Shown here: one piece after another, positions 24,485 to 39,082 of the stretch
Layout: every line of letters starts with the position of its first letter
How positions within the stretch are numbered: the first letter of the stretch is position 1
Assembly (NCBI RefSeq): GCF_001194135.2
Contig: NC_068981.1
Span: forward strand, 5,879,535-5,943,534
Length of the DNA stretch: 64,000 nt
Reading direction: 5' to 3'
Origin: Octopus bimaculoides
Lineage: Eukaryota
Notes under the pieces: generated by a model
Seen by the model: only the letters and a program-made list of their open reading frames with translations
The model's database searches: none
Told to the model about the DNA's origin: nothing
Translations under genes and position numbers: made by a program

Positions 24485-27400
24485 CTGCATGTCTGTGTTT
24501 GTCCCACCACCCATCATTGCTTGACAACCAATGTTAGTATGTTTATGTCCCCGTAACTTAGCGGTTCAGCAAAAGAGACCGATAGAATAAGTTCTGGGGT
24601 CGGTTTGTTTGACTAAAGACGATGCTCCAGCATGGCCATGGTCAAATGACTGAAACAAGTAAAAGAATAAAAGAATAAAAGAATAAAAGAATAAAAGAAT
24701 AAAAGAATAGAAGAATAAAAGAGATATCTTGTCCACTTTTGTGTGTTCAGTAACAGTATTTATTAGAAAACTGGGGCCTTCCTATGAGGGCCTTTTAATA
24801 ACGATACTCCAATAGGAAGCCCCCACTTTATGTGAGTCATTGAAATCAGAACTGCAATGAAACCTCAATTGTATGATGCCCTTGTTCCTGTATGTAATAC
24901 TTATTCCCAGGTGAAAGGGATCAATAAAACCTCTTTGTTTGTTACTTGTGACAGGATGCGACCAGCTGAGGTCATTACATTTTGGTCCTTAACTACTCTC
25001 AAGAGCACAAATGAAGCTGGAAGGTTTGAAGACAGACACCCTTCTTCTCAGCGAAACCTTCAACTTTCTCAAGTGAGGGTGCAACGGGAGGGGCTCTCTT
25101 CCATTGAATTCATCAAAGAGTTGGTGATTGTAGCAGGAATGGTTAGGCATAACTGCCCTAAGTAGGGGTCTGCAGATCCGAGAACAACAGTTAGGAGAGG
25201 TCGTGTATCCTTGGTAGTCAGGGGTTTATTGATTGGTCTTAGTTAAAGGTTCTAGTGTATCAGGAAGATGTATCATCCATGTATTCATATATTTCATTTA
25301 CTATATATGTATATATATATCATCATCATCATCATTGTTTAACGTCCGTTTTCCATGCTGGCATGGGTTGGACGGTTTGACTGAGGCTGCACCAGGATCC
25401 AATCTGATCTGGCAAGGTTTCTACAGCTAGATGCCCTTCCTAATGCCAACCACTCTGAGAGTGTAGTGGGTGCTTTTATGTGCCGCTGGCACGTGGGCCA
25501 GTCAGGCAGTTCTGACAACGACCATGCTCAAAAGGTGTTTTTACGTGCTACCTGCACGGGAGCCAGTCTGGCGGCACTGGCAACAATCCCGCTTGAATGG
25601 TGCTTGTAACATACCACTGGCACATGTAGTTAAGTGTTAATATATTTAATATACATGGAATATTTTAAACTATTAATAAGTTATTGTTGACATACTTAAT
25701 ATATATCTTTCCCATCAGTGTTGACTTGAGAGGTAAATTAATGGCATCAGTCAGACCATTGAAGGAGGGTCTACAAAGACCATGGACCCTGTCCCCTTCT
25801 TCCAACCCAGCAAGTAAAAACCAAATAAAAATAATCCTATCTACTAAAGGTACAAGGCCCGAAATTTTAGGTGAGGGGCCAGTCAATTACATCGACCCAG
25901 TGTTTCACTGGTACTTAATTTATCAACCCCAAAAGGATGAAAGGCAAAGTCAACCTAGGTGGAATTTGAACTCAGAACGTAAAGACAGATGAAACACCAC
26001 TAAATATTACACCTTGTATGCTAATGATTCTGCTAACTCACTACCTTCAATGTTAACACAGGTGTGACATCTTGGATAAATGTCTTTTATTACAGCTGCA
26101 GATCAGACAAAGATTTGAGCTGATGGAGACTGTGTTGAAGCCTGTTGCATGGATTGCACTTGTAAAGTCTCAGCCTTGTTGCATAGTATGTTAGGCTGAT
26201 TCTGTGTCAAGGGCACAAGTGTCCATGGAATACTCAACCACTTCTCATCTTAAGTCAATGAAGAAAACCTGTGTTGGATAGGAATTCCAGAGTTGGTGGG
26301 GCAATGTTGCATATAATAAGGACTGAGTGTAGGAGTTGAGGTGGGGGTGGGGGAGAGACCTGAAATAGGTGATGAGAGGGGGAGAGGTGAATTGAAAACA
26401 TGAGCTGAGGCAGGTCACAATAGAAACAGTAGAAATAGCAGAGAGAGAAAGAGAGAGAGGACACAGTATGCCTTTGGAGAAAATGGAGTATGTCTGCAAG
26501 GGACTTCTTGCCAATCCACTGAGTAACCGTTGTATGAGGATGCTCTAGAACAGTGCTTCTCAAACTATCTGATGCGGTGTAACAGCAGTTTTTTTTTTCC
26601 CAATGTGCCAGGGACTGGTAATATTTCTTAGTAATATTAATTTATACCGGAAACAATATATATATTAGTCATAATAAAAGCTGACAATTTTCTTTTAGCG
26701 GACCACCACTTTGAGTAGCACTGCTCTAGGAGGTCTGTATCTGTAACAACAGCACCATCTTAGACGAGGGAGATGTACTCCACAGTGTGTCTGTTTAGAA
26801 GGTGGAAACTGAACCGCACAGTCTTCTGTGTTTTCAGGTTGGCTGATTTGATGGATAAACATCGTGAAGAACTTGCTACAATTGAAAGTATTGATGCTGG
26901 AGCAGTTTACACCCTTGCTCTAAAGACCCATATTGGTATGTCTATAGATACCTTCAGGTATTTTGCTGGTTGGTGCGACAAAATCCAGGTGGGTAACACA
27001 CTTTTAAAAAATTTCTGTCATTGTTGTTTAACCCCAGGTCAGTCCTCTTTAAGGAAACCTATGATCCAAGACAGAACCATTCCATCTTTTTTTTCTCATT
27101 AGATATATCTTCATTATCATCACCGTCATTTAATGCCCATCTTCCATGTTGGCACGAGATGGACAGTTTGACAGGATCCAACAAACCAAAAGTCTGCATT
27201 GGGCTCCAGTGTCTGCTTTGGCAGGACATCAACGGTTGGGTGCCCTCTTGAATGCCAACCACTTTACATAGTATACTGGGCACTTTTCTCATGGCACCAG
27301 CACTAGTGAGGCTACCAAAATTTTCTTTTCTAATGCTTTAATATTCATGTATTATATGTATTATATGTATTTAAGCATTGTCTTGTCAATCCTCAAGCAT

Positions 27401-30400
27401 TATTTTCTAGTTCTAAGTAAGATTGTCATTAATCTCTCAGACTTACAGGCTCCCTTTTCTATTTTAGAATAAATAAGGGAGAGAGTGTGATTTAAAGGAG
27501 ATTTGACTGCTATTTCTAGCTGGTTGAGGGATTGCAAAGAATCACTTCTGAATATGAGGTGTGTGCCATTTGGTTCAAAAGAGAAGCATTGTTAAAGACT
27601 TTGTCTTTGAGTAGTATATTTAGAATATGTCAGCCTGTTGAAGCTGAACCATCTTGAAGTCAAAATGATAACTGGGGATGAATCCAGCCATACACTCACT
27701 CATTATTTGATATTTCAGCTCCTTTTTGTGGTAAATTCTTTACCACCTCATGGTACCTATCGAAAATCAAGTGAACTAAGGAAAATGCAAGGGGTATCAT
27801 TGTCAGTTGTGTGTCTTTGCCTACAACTAAACATACCTCCACCTCCCCACAAAATAGATTAGGAATTATTGTTGTTTCATATATCTTAATAATGAATGTC
27901 ACAACTTCCATCTCTTTTCTCTTTAAGCCAATAAAATTAATCTTAAATGAATTGATATGAAAGCATATAATAAACATTATTCCTGGAATAACAAAATAAC
28001 TGACTGGAATTTCCATTAAAACTATTGGAAACATTTGTATCTCTGTTTCAGGGCAAGACCATTCCTATAAACAATGCACGGCCAAATAAAAATCTCACTT
28101 ACACAAAAAGGGAACCTATTGGGTAAGTTACGCTTGTGTTTAATTACTAATCTAAAGAGGTCAGGTCATGTCTAAAGAGGTCAGGTCATGTCTAAAATTG
28201 TAAGGTCAAGACTAAGCCTTTCTTTAGCTTTCTCCTGAATTAAGGAATAGGTATTATAGCGAGGCCCCTGCTAAGTTTCGAACAATAACTCACAGTCAAG
28301 AACCACAGCCTGTTGTATCTCATCAACACCAACTAACTTATTATGGTAGAGATGATAAACTTCAAAGTAATGCAGCAAGTTTTCTTGCCTAACAGTTTGG
28401 CCGAAGATTCTGGAAGGACGACTTACAGATATAAAAAGTTGCCAAATTCAACCTCAGGTCAGCGAACCACTCAGCCACCTAGGGGAATCTGTACTGTATA
28501 TTTCAAAGAGCTCTTTCACTTTTCTTATGTGAATTTTTATGTCATATTCAATAAAAGGTACCTGCCTTAACTTGTAGTGCCCAGTAACATGGATTAGTTA
28601 TATGCAAGGATTTAAGTTTCTTTCATTACATTCAAAATATTATCCAACAACTTGTATTACAGGAGATTCCTAACTGTTATATGCAATGAGCATTGTTTCA
28701 TTAATTTATTGGGTGTACATTTGCAATACAACAATGCAAGTTAATAAGATATTTGAAAACTGAATTAAACTTTAGTGTGATATTTGTCTGGGGCAGAGGG
28801 AGGAGGTCAGAAGCATGGTAGGGGTGAGTATAATGAGTGGCAAACATGTGTTGTAGCAGGTGGAGGGATTGATTGATGGCAAATGTGGGAGGATGTTAAG
28901 AATGAGGTATGGGTATCAATAGAATGTAGTTCAGGGGAGAAGGAGAGACAACTGGGGGTACAGGAAAGGGTGATCAATGCGAAACAAGAGTGGGGAGGGA
29001 TGATATTGAGAATGTGGGACGGATGTCAGATGGAAGTGGTTCCAAGGAGAGGGAGAGGTAACTCTACTTCACTTTCTCATTATCTCACCTTCCCCCTTTC
29101 TTTGCCTCTTTCTTCCCCCTTTCTTTGCCTCTTTCTTCCCCCTTTCTTTCTTCTCGCCCTGATGAAATTTTAATTTTTTTTTGTTACCTAAAATGTTTTT
29201 CTAAAATTAAAATCTATTTCACTATTTGAATGCATATATGCTCTTTCTTTCACTTTCTCTCCCTAAAAGGGTTTGTGGTATCGTTGTACCTTGGAATTAC
29301 CCCCTTATGATGTTGGCATGGAAGATGGCTGCTTGTCTAGCTGCTGGAAACACAGTCATACTTAAACCAGCTCAGGTGCGGAGATTCATTTATTTAATAA
29401 TAATAATAATAATAATAATCATTTAATGTCTACTTTTCCATGTTTGCATGGGTCAGACAAAATTTTTTGCAGCAGATTTTCTACAGCTGGATGCCCTTCC
29501 TGTCACCAATCTTCACTTGTTTTCAAGCAAACTAATATTTCTCCAAGGTCAGACATATTTTTGTTGGAAGACCAGAAATGAACAACACCCCTTATATGAC
29601 AGTGATGCTCATTTACAACCCTCATATGATATCTAGACAAGGGCACACACACACACACACCTAGACAGGTGCAGACATAACTGTATGGTTAAGATATACA
29701 CCTTTTCTTTCCACATGTGCCTGTGGGCTGCTTCCAATTGGGTGGCACCTTGGATGTTACTCTTCTACTACAGTCCTGGCCCAACTAAAGCCCTATGAGT
29801 AGATTTGACGCATGGTAACTAAAAGAAGCCTTTACTTGTAGGTGTGTGTGTATGTATATAAATATATACATACACATATATGCATGTGTGTGTGTGTGTG
29901 TGTGTGAATTTCATCATTATCCCCATCGTTTACTTTTAAAAAAAAATACCAAATGAGAAAATAAATTGCTGAGGTCCATTACTCAGAGAAAAATCTAAAT
30001 AGATATAATTATGTGGGGAGGAAAAGACAACACTATCTCAATGACTAATATTATTTCATTTATTTAAGCAAGAAATGAATCGGCTGCTTCTGTTTTTTCC
30101 TCTCAATTACATTTTAAATGAACGAATGCTTCACGTATCATAACTAATTAAAAAATACCTTACATAATATATACCTTTTTTTTTTCTTTCTTTCTCTATA
30201 TTTCTAAGTCAGAAAGGACTGCAGCTCCTCGTGGCACCCAGGTCATATTCCTAGCACCTCCCTCATCCTCCCCGCCACAAATAAAACATTTTCTGCTGCA
30301 AATTCAAAATGAATATATTTTACAAATAAAACTTAATCCTAATTAATCTATTGATATTTTTTTTATATCTCTCACGCCATTTTGGCCACCCCATTATCAT

Positions 30401-32361
30401 CCCACTTTTCTTCAATGCACCCTGCCCCGAGCATTTCCACTGCCCCCAGGGAGGCAATACCGCCCAAATTTGGGAACCCCTGGTTTAACAGGATCTGATG
30501 GGCCTAAGGACAGGAGTGTGCTCCAGTGTCTGTTATGGCATGGTTTCTACAGCTGGATGCCCCTCCTAATATGGTACAGGAAGTCTGAGATTGGGGGTGG
30601 GGGAAGGTCTCCTGAAGTGGGGACCTGGCCCAAGCGCTTGTAACAAAGTGGACTCTGTCACTAAAGATCCCCAAAGTGATGAGTTAAGTCTAACATCTAA
30701 GACTGATTTGGTAATTACATCAATATGTGGAAAAGCTAGATTTCACTTACAATTATGTCATCACCAATTATGATAACAGGCCCCAGTGTCACTGCAGTGG
30801 TTACAGCCTTGTCATCACACCATTTACCTGCCCCTCCACCAAGTTCAATATAAAAGCAATCATCATCATCTAACATCTGTTTTTCATGCTGGCATGGGTG
30901 GAATAGTTAGACAGGAGCTGATCAGCTGAAGACCTGCCCCGGCTACATTTGTCTGCTTTGGCATGGTTTCTATGGCTGGATGCTCTTCCTAATGTCAACC
31001 ACTTTACAGAACATTCTGGGTGCTTTTAACATGGCCGTAGCACAGGTGCGTTTACATGGCACCAGTACGGGTGCTTTTTATGTGGCACCAGCACCCACAA
31101 GCCCACAAGATTAGGAATGCCCAGCTGGAGAGGGATGCAGGGGACAAGCCTGCATGCAAGGACAACCACGCTTTTACTTGGCTTGGCATAATATCTCAAG
31201 CACAAGATATATATATGTTATTTGTGGATTAACATGGCAACCAATGGTTTCATGTGAAGAGATCCTCACAATTGTTCAAGTGTACTACATTGAAATATTG
31301 GTACTCATCTCCATTTTGGATGAAAATATACATACATATATTTATATGTGTGTGTGTGTGTGTACATGCACACATACTTGTAAATGTGTGAGTGTGTATA
31401 TATGTGTATGCATATGCGTGCGTGTGTGTGTGTGTGTGTGTGTGTTACTACACCTCTGTAGAAACTATTTGTTGTATGGCCCCTTTCAGCCCTAATCAAG
31501 CAGATCTGTAATCAAAGGTGTTTCAGCTATGACCATACAATCCTCCCTCAGGCACAGTATATCTTGGACTACATATTTCTTTGTCCTTTTTTTTCTTTTT
31601 TGTAAAATAGTCAGGTGTGATTTGAAGAAGATGAGGCTGCTATTTTTAGCCGGTTGAGTGATCTGTAGAGATTATTTTTTTTTTGTGCTACAAATGAGAG
31701 GAGGAACCAGAATTACCGCACTTAGTTTTAAGCAAAAGCATTTTGTATTTATTTTTATATTTGTTGCCTAGGTAACACCACTCACTGCCTTGAAGTTTGC
31801 CGAGTTAACAGTTGAGGCTGGATTTCCACCTGGAGTCATCAACATCCTACCTGGGTCAGGTGAGATCTAATTTGCATATGTAATTTCCAATTTTATCTCT
31901 CCACCTCACTCCACCCCATCCCTCACCACTTTTCCAAAATGGCCCCTCTACAGCAAGAAACCTAGTCTACTCTGGCCCTTTTTCTCATACTATAACCCTT
32001 TATCTCCTAGAACACTGATCCTTGGTCATTTTTTGCTGGTGGACCCCTTTTGATTCCTATTATACGCCACTGGATCCCTGTATTTAAAAAAAAAACCCTT
32101 TATATTTTTTATGATTAAATATTATTAGGGATCGTATAAAGAAAATTTGTTGGAATATTTTGTGTATTTCAGAAGTTTAACTATTTTATTACTCTGTCAC
32201 TTGTTTCGGTCATTTGACTGTGGCCATGCTGGAGCACCACCTTTTAGTCGAATAAATCGCCCCCAGGACTATTCTATTGGTCTCTTTTGCTGAGCCACTA
32301 AGTTACGGGGACGTAAACACACCAACATTAGTTGTCAAGCAATGGTGGGAGGACAGACACA

Positions 32362-32394
<33 letters not shown>

Positions 32395-33230
32395 GTCTAT
32401 CAGTTTCCATTTACCAAATCCATTCATAAGGTTTTGGTCAGCCCAAAGCTATAGCAGAAGGCACTTGCCCAAGATGCCATGCAATGAGACTGAACCTAGA
32501 ACCATGTGGTTGGGAAGCAAGCTACTTACCACAAAGCCACTCCTGTGCCTAATAAATTTTAATTACTAAATCTTGTATGGACCTCCTCCAAGGGTCATAT
32601 GGACCCCAGTTGTGAACCAGTGTCCTTGCATAAATCTGCTTTTCTTGGAGTTAGTAGTCTTATAAGTTGCATAATGAGGTGTAAACCCAGGTCCAAAATT
32701 TTTTACAAACAAGGTCAATTTTTTTTTTCAATCTTGATATCAAAAAAAACGTGAGTTGTATAATAATAAATATTATTAACCCTTTCGTTACTGTATTTCT
32801 GTTGAGATGCTCTGTGTTTCTTTGAGTTACTTTAAATATAACAAAGAATTTAGTAAAATAACTTAGTTATCATTAAGCTAGTGTTAGGAACATAAATTGT
32901 GACTAAGGTTTGTTGGAAGATTTTAATTCAAAACTTATGAAAACAAGACATTTGTACTACAGGGCCAGAGGTGGTTTCAGCTGGGTTGGTATCAAAAGGG
33001 TTAATATTACAAGCTTCTGAACAAAACAATTTAATCTTGGATGCTGCAGTTGAGCTAATACAACAGATATTAGGTGCAGGTGTGGCTGTGTGGTAAGAAG
33101 TTTGCTTCTAAACCACATGGTTCTGGGTTCAGTCCCACTGCATGGCACTTTGGTCAAGTNNNNNNNNNNNNNNNNNNNNNNNNNNNNNNNNNNNNNNNNN
33201 NNNNNNNNNNNNNNNNNNNNNNNNNNNNNN

Positions 33231-33272
<42 letters not shown>

Positions 33273-33323
33273 CTGATCATTAGAGATGTGTTTAAGTATT
33301 CCTTTGTCTAATTATTTGGATAA

Positions 33324-33354
<31 letters not shown>

Positions 33355-33753
33355 TGTTTTCTATGCTGGCATGGGTTGACCGGTTTGACCAGAGCTAGGA
33401 AGCTGCACCAGGTTCCAGTCTCATTTGACTTGGTTTCTATGGCTGGATGTCCTTCATAACACCAACCACTTTACAGTGTGTGCTGGGTGCTTTTAATGTG
33501 CCACTGGCATGAGCCCTTTAACGTGGTACAGGCACAAGTGCATTTTACATGGCATGTATGTCTTTATGTCTGTGTCTGTCCCCCACCACTGCTTGACAAC
33601 CGGTGTTGGTGTGTTTACATCCCCATAACTTAGCAGTTCAGCAAAAGAGACTGATATAATAAGTATCAGGCTTTAAAAAAGGGGTAAGTGCTGGGGTCGA
33701 TTTGTTCAAGTAAAATCCTTCAAGGCAGTAAAAGATAAATTTCATAAAATAAC

Positions 33754-33792
<39 letters not shown>

Positions 33793-36700
33793 TTAGTGTT
33801 TTGGGACATAAATTAACATGAAATAGATGAGGGAGGGATTTAAACTTTGAAACAAGGATTTGTTATCATAGGGCCAGGAGTAGGGTCAGCTGAGTTGGTA
33901 TTTTAAAAGGGTTAAAATCATTAACCTTTTCACAAATATTGTGACACGTAGTGGACGAGAGAGAAAGGACCCCCTGTAGAAGATGCTAGAGTGTCAGAAG
34001 TAACTTTCTCTGAAGACATCTTTTTTATTGTTTCCTCTTTTTTTTTCTATTTGTTTCTGTCCTATATTCTTCATTATTTTCAAAATTAACTGAAACAAGC
34101 CACCCATTACACTCAGTCATGGCAGATACCGGTGCCACAAAAATGGCACCTGTGCCGGTGGCACGTAAAAGCACACACTTTACACTCTGTAAAGTAGTTG
34201 GTGTTAGGAAGGGCATCCAGCTGTAGAATACCATGCCAGATCAGACTGGAGTCTGGTGCAGCGTGCCAGCCCTGGTCAAACTGTCCAACCCATACCAGCA
34301 TGGACAATGGATGTTAAATGATGATGATGTTAATGATGGCTTTGTATTTCAGCAGGAATGTAGCAACAAAAGTGTTAAACTCTCATAGCAACAAATAGAA
34401 AAAGTATCTAAATATGTCTGTCTTATCTTACAGGTTCCATAGTTGGTCAGGCTCTTTCAGACCATGAAAACGTTCGCAAACTAGGTTTCACAGGATCCAC
34501 ACCGATTGGGAAAACGATCATGGAAAGGTTTGTGTTTACAACTGTTTAGAAATGTTCCTTTCCACTATAGGCACAAGGCCTGAAATTTGGAGGGATGGGG
34601 ATAAGGCAACTACATCGACCTCAGCATTTAACTGGTACTTATTTTATCGACCCTGAAATGATGAAAGGCAAAGTTGACCTCACCGGAAATTGAACTCAAA
34701 ATATAAAGACAAATGAAAAGCTGATAAGTATTTTATTCAGCAAAGAGTCAAAGGTAGACTGTATGATGCTTGCATGCGAATGGCTATACTGTATGGTATA
34801 GAGACATGGGCTCTGAATGCAGAAGACGTGTGTAGAATGGACAGAAATGTAGGTAGTGTGCTCCATTGGATGTGCAACATCAGTGTGCATGTAAGACAAA
34901 GTGTAAATGTATTGAGAGAAAATTTGGGCATAAGAGGAATCAAATGTAGCATGCAAGAGAGAAGACAACATTGGTTTGGGCATGTGATGTATATGAATGA
35001 AGACAGCTGCATAAAGTGCTGATCACTGAAAGTGGATGGTACTAATGGAAGAGGAAGACCCAAGAAGATGTGGGATGAAGTGGTAAGGACCGATATCAGG
35101 ATGTTGGGCCTCATGGAGGAAATAACAATGGACTCTTTGTCTCACTATAACCTTTCATTATCTGACACAAGATCACCTCATCCAATGTCCCCTCCCCTCT
35201 CAAAAGAATATATTGTCTTGCAATGTACTTGGTGACCCTATCAGTGCATGTGCCACTTAAAAGCACCCAGCCCACACTGTGAAGTGGTTGATGTTTGAAA
35301 GGGCATCCAGCTGTAAAAACGTTACCAAAACAGTCATAGAAGTCTGGTGCAGGCTTCTGCCTGGTCGGCTGTTATCACACTGTCCAAATCATCCATCATC
35401 ATCATTTAACGTCCTTTTTTCTATTCTGGCATGGGTTGGACAGTTTGATAGCAGCTGGTAAGGCCACGAGCCACAACAGGTTCCAGTGTGTGTTTTTGCA
35501 TGGTTTCTGTAGCCAGAGGCCCTTCCTAATGCCAACCACTTTTAAAGAGTGTACTGAGTGCATTTTACATGGCACCAACATTGCTTTTTATCTGGCATCA
35601 ACACCGGTGCTTTTTATGAATACAAACATTAAATGATGATAAGGAAGAGGAGGATAATCCTATTTCTAAGATGGTTTGATGTGCTTTTAGAAAGATTTGG
35701 CTGTTATTTCTTCTACATCAAGTGGCCATGTGTGTATGTTTGTGCCTCCTTGTCTTGACATTGTGTGGTGGCTGTAAAAGAGTATCACTGTCATATAAGC
35801 AGTGTCGTTCATTTCCAATATTCTATGGAAACAAGTCTGTTTATGGGGAAAGATTACCTCACTTGGAAACAGGTGAGGGTTGGTGACAGAAAGAGCATCC
35901 AACTGTAGGAAATCTGCCTTAATATATTCCAACCAACTTATGCAAGCATGGAATGTTAAAATGAGGATAATAATACCATTTCTTTGATACGACTCACTCC
36001 TTATCCTTTGAATTCCATTCATTTTTGTAAACGAGACTCTTCAAAAACAACAAATTCGACAACTAATGATCTGTTGTTTATTTTCTTTGTATTGTTTACA
36101 GTTGTGCCAAAAGTAATGTCAAGAAAGTTTCTCTGGAACTCGGTGGCAAATCTCCTCTCATTATATTTGCAGATTGTGATATGGACAAAGCGGTCAGAAT
36201 GGTAAATGTTGTTGATTTTATAAATGCCTCTCTCTCTGATCTCAATCTTAGTGTCTCTTTTGGCAATGCTCTGGCATTCCAGAATGGTCAACCATATCTC
36301 CCCATCGCTTTCTTGTTTTTCTTTCTACATCTCATTCTTTCTTTCCTTCCTTCTCCTTTTCTTCCTTTCTCTCTCTCTCTCTCTCTCTTTTCAAGTTTAC
36401 TTTTCACTGAATTTGAGCACAGTAATCAATTTACTGGCCATTAAAGGTCCTGAATTCAATCCCAACTGCAGTTGTTGTGTTTAGCCCCAGGTCACCCATG
36501 GTCATGCAAAATTATAGCTGAGCAAAAACATTCCAACTCTGGCCATCCCAACATCTTAGAGTTATATGAAACTGTATTCTCAAATATATTCATTCCACTT
36601 TTTGACAGTGGTAGGGCAAGAACTGAGGAAAATTCAGCTATTATTTCTACCAGATTGATTCCCCACCTAGAGGTCCCATTCCAGACTTGACCTTATGACA

Positions 36701-39042
36701 GTAATGTCTGTGGAATGCGATGACAAATCACAGTTCTTGCTTCAGTCAGCCTTTCCAGAAGTACCAGATTCTTACTTTACTCTAATTCCATTCTCTGTTA
36801 CACCACAAAAAAATTGGTATGGCAGCATGGTAAAGAAGCTTACTTTACAACCATATGGTTCCTGGTTCAGTCCCACTGTGTGGCACCTTGGGCAAGTGTC
36901 TTCTACTATAGTTCGTGGCCAACCAATGCCTTTTGAGGGAATCTAGTAGATGGAAACTGTGAGGAAGCCCATTGTGTTTGTCCCCCACCATTACTTGACA
37001 ACCAATGCTGCTTTGTTTATATCCCCAGTAACTTAGTGTTTCAGCAAAAGTAACTGATAGAATAAGCACCATACTTAAAAATAAGTACTGGGGTCAATTT
37101 GTATGCCTAAAAACCCTTTAAGGTGGTGCTACAGCATGGCCACAATCCAATGGCTGAAACAAGTAAAAGTTTTATTGTTATTCTGCCCCAGAATTGACTT
37201 CATTCTTTCATTTTTTCAGGGATGTGGCAGCGTGTTCTTTAACAAAGGAGAGAACTGTATCGCAGCTGGACGGTTATTTGTTGAAGAATCCATCCATGAC
37301 GAATTTGTTGAGCGTGTGGTAAGTCTTGCTTTTGTTTATTCTCTGCATGAAAGAACTTTGGTGTTGAGTTTCTTGCACAATTATAAGGTCACCCTGACAT
37401 TACATGGCACAGACCCAGTCACACTTTTCCCACACACGTACATTGGTACATGTATTCACACATGTAAACCATTTTACATCTATTGATGTGGTACGCGGGG
37501 GTAAGTGTCTTCTATTAAAACAGTGAACAGACCATAGCCTTGGGAATGCGTTTTGGTGGATGGAAAGTGAAACAATTCTTTATTTACTACAGTTCTATAT
37601 TTAAGAGATGAGGAATTATGTACATTATTTACATATGATGGATATTTGTCCTCATCTTGTTTGTTGTTAACACAACGTTTTGGCTGATATACCCTCCAGC
37701 CTTCAACAGGTGTCTTGGGGAAATTTCGAACATGGGTTCTCATTCCTATGCCCATGGGCATATGGTGTAGTGGTTAAGAATGCAGGCTACTAACCCCAAG
37801 ATTCTGAGTTTGATTCCAGACAGTGACCTGAATAATAATAACATCGAAAAATACCTTAGGAATGAGAACCCAGGTTCGAAATTTCCCCGAGACACCTGAT
37901 GAAGGCTGGAGGGTATATCAGCCGAAACGTGTTAACAACAAACAAGATGAGGACAAATGTCCGTCAAATGTAAATAATGTAAATAAGCTCTTTATGTATC
38001 ATCTTTTCTTGCTCTCTTCACCTGTGGCACAATGCACATTGGCACAAGGTAGTTGCTTCCAGAGTATAAATCTGTGTTATATGATACACCTTATGTTGGT
38101 TTCATCAACCATACTCCCCCATACTGGCTTAGGGCATCTTGGAAGAGGGTATACACATACATACACACGACAGAATTAAATAGACACTCCATAAAACATT
38201 GTTTCATGTTTAACTTGTAATGGTTTATATTTTTTATTAATGGACATTTTTATGTTTCAGGTTCTATATGTAACTGTTTAATCATGCTATGTACAAAAAA
38301 AAGCATTGGAACTGTCCAAAATTCAAAGAGGCCCTATTGTGGGTCAATCTGAAAGTGGACTTGGTCAGCATAAAATCTTAGAAAACGTTGGGATCCCACT
38401 TTCTACAGTCAATAGGGTGATTGTGCAATTCACCGAGAGAGGAAGGAGTTTACATTACCTTGTTCAGGTCGACAAGGGCCCTCTGATAGGACCCTTTGCT
38501 TTGTGAAGTGAAGTGTGGATGATAATCCTCATTTCAAGGTCTTTGACATAGCAGAACAAGTTGATGTCAGTCCCAGAACAGCTGTCAGGTACCTCCAGAA
38601 TCTTGGCTACTATGGCAGAGCAGCAAGAAGAGAGCCATTTCTTGAACCAGCCAATATCAAGTGAAGAAAAGGTTGGGCCAGTGAGATGATGGAGTGGCTG
38701 CTAGCATTTTGGGACGCTATCATATTCTCTGATCAGTTCAGATTTGCTGTACTTTCTGACAGTGGTCAAGTGTGGGTCTGAAGACTCTGTGATCAAGAAT
38801 CTGATATGAAAAAATTGCTGCTAACAATGAAACAAGGCAGCTATTCTGTGATGGTCTAGGGAGCAATTTGGAGCAATGGTCAATCAAATTTAGTGCATGC
38901 CTCAGATCATCTTCTATTCATGGTGCCAACTAAATCTTGTTTAGAAATACCTCGTAGACCCTGTATAAATGTAAAACTCATTCATTCACCCATCCTTATA
39001 TACACGCACTCACTCTTGCATACTGTCAATGTCACTCTCTTT

Positions 39043-39082
<40 letters not shown>

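Noticed and set aside
24857-25230. GC-richer block with a 102-aa ORF
   Set aside because: No recognisable protein motif in either direction; probably a fragment of an unclassified repeat.
37220-37231. GCGS instead of the vertebrate GMSS before the catalytic Cys motif
   Set aside because: A variable position; both catalytic residues are intact, so there is no basis for claiming altered function.
37759-37830. tRNA-like sequence with A and B boxes (also at 881, 43650-43720 and family 1 heads)
   Set aside because: No complete cloverleaf or acceptor stem, and each continues into a repeat body; these are SINE heads, not tRNA genes.
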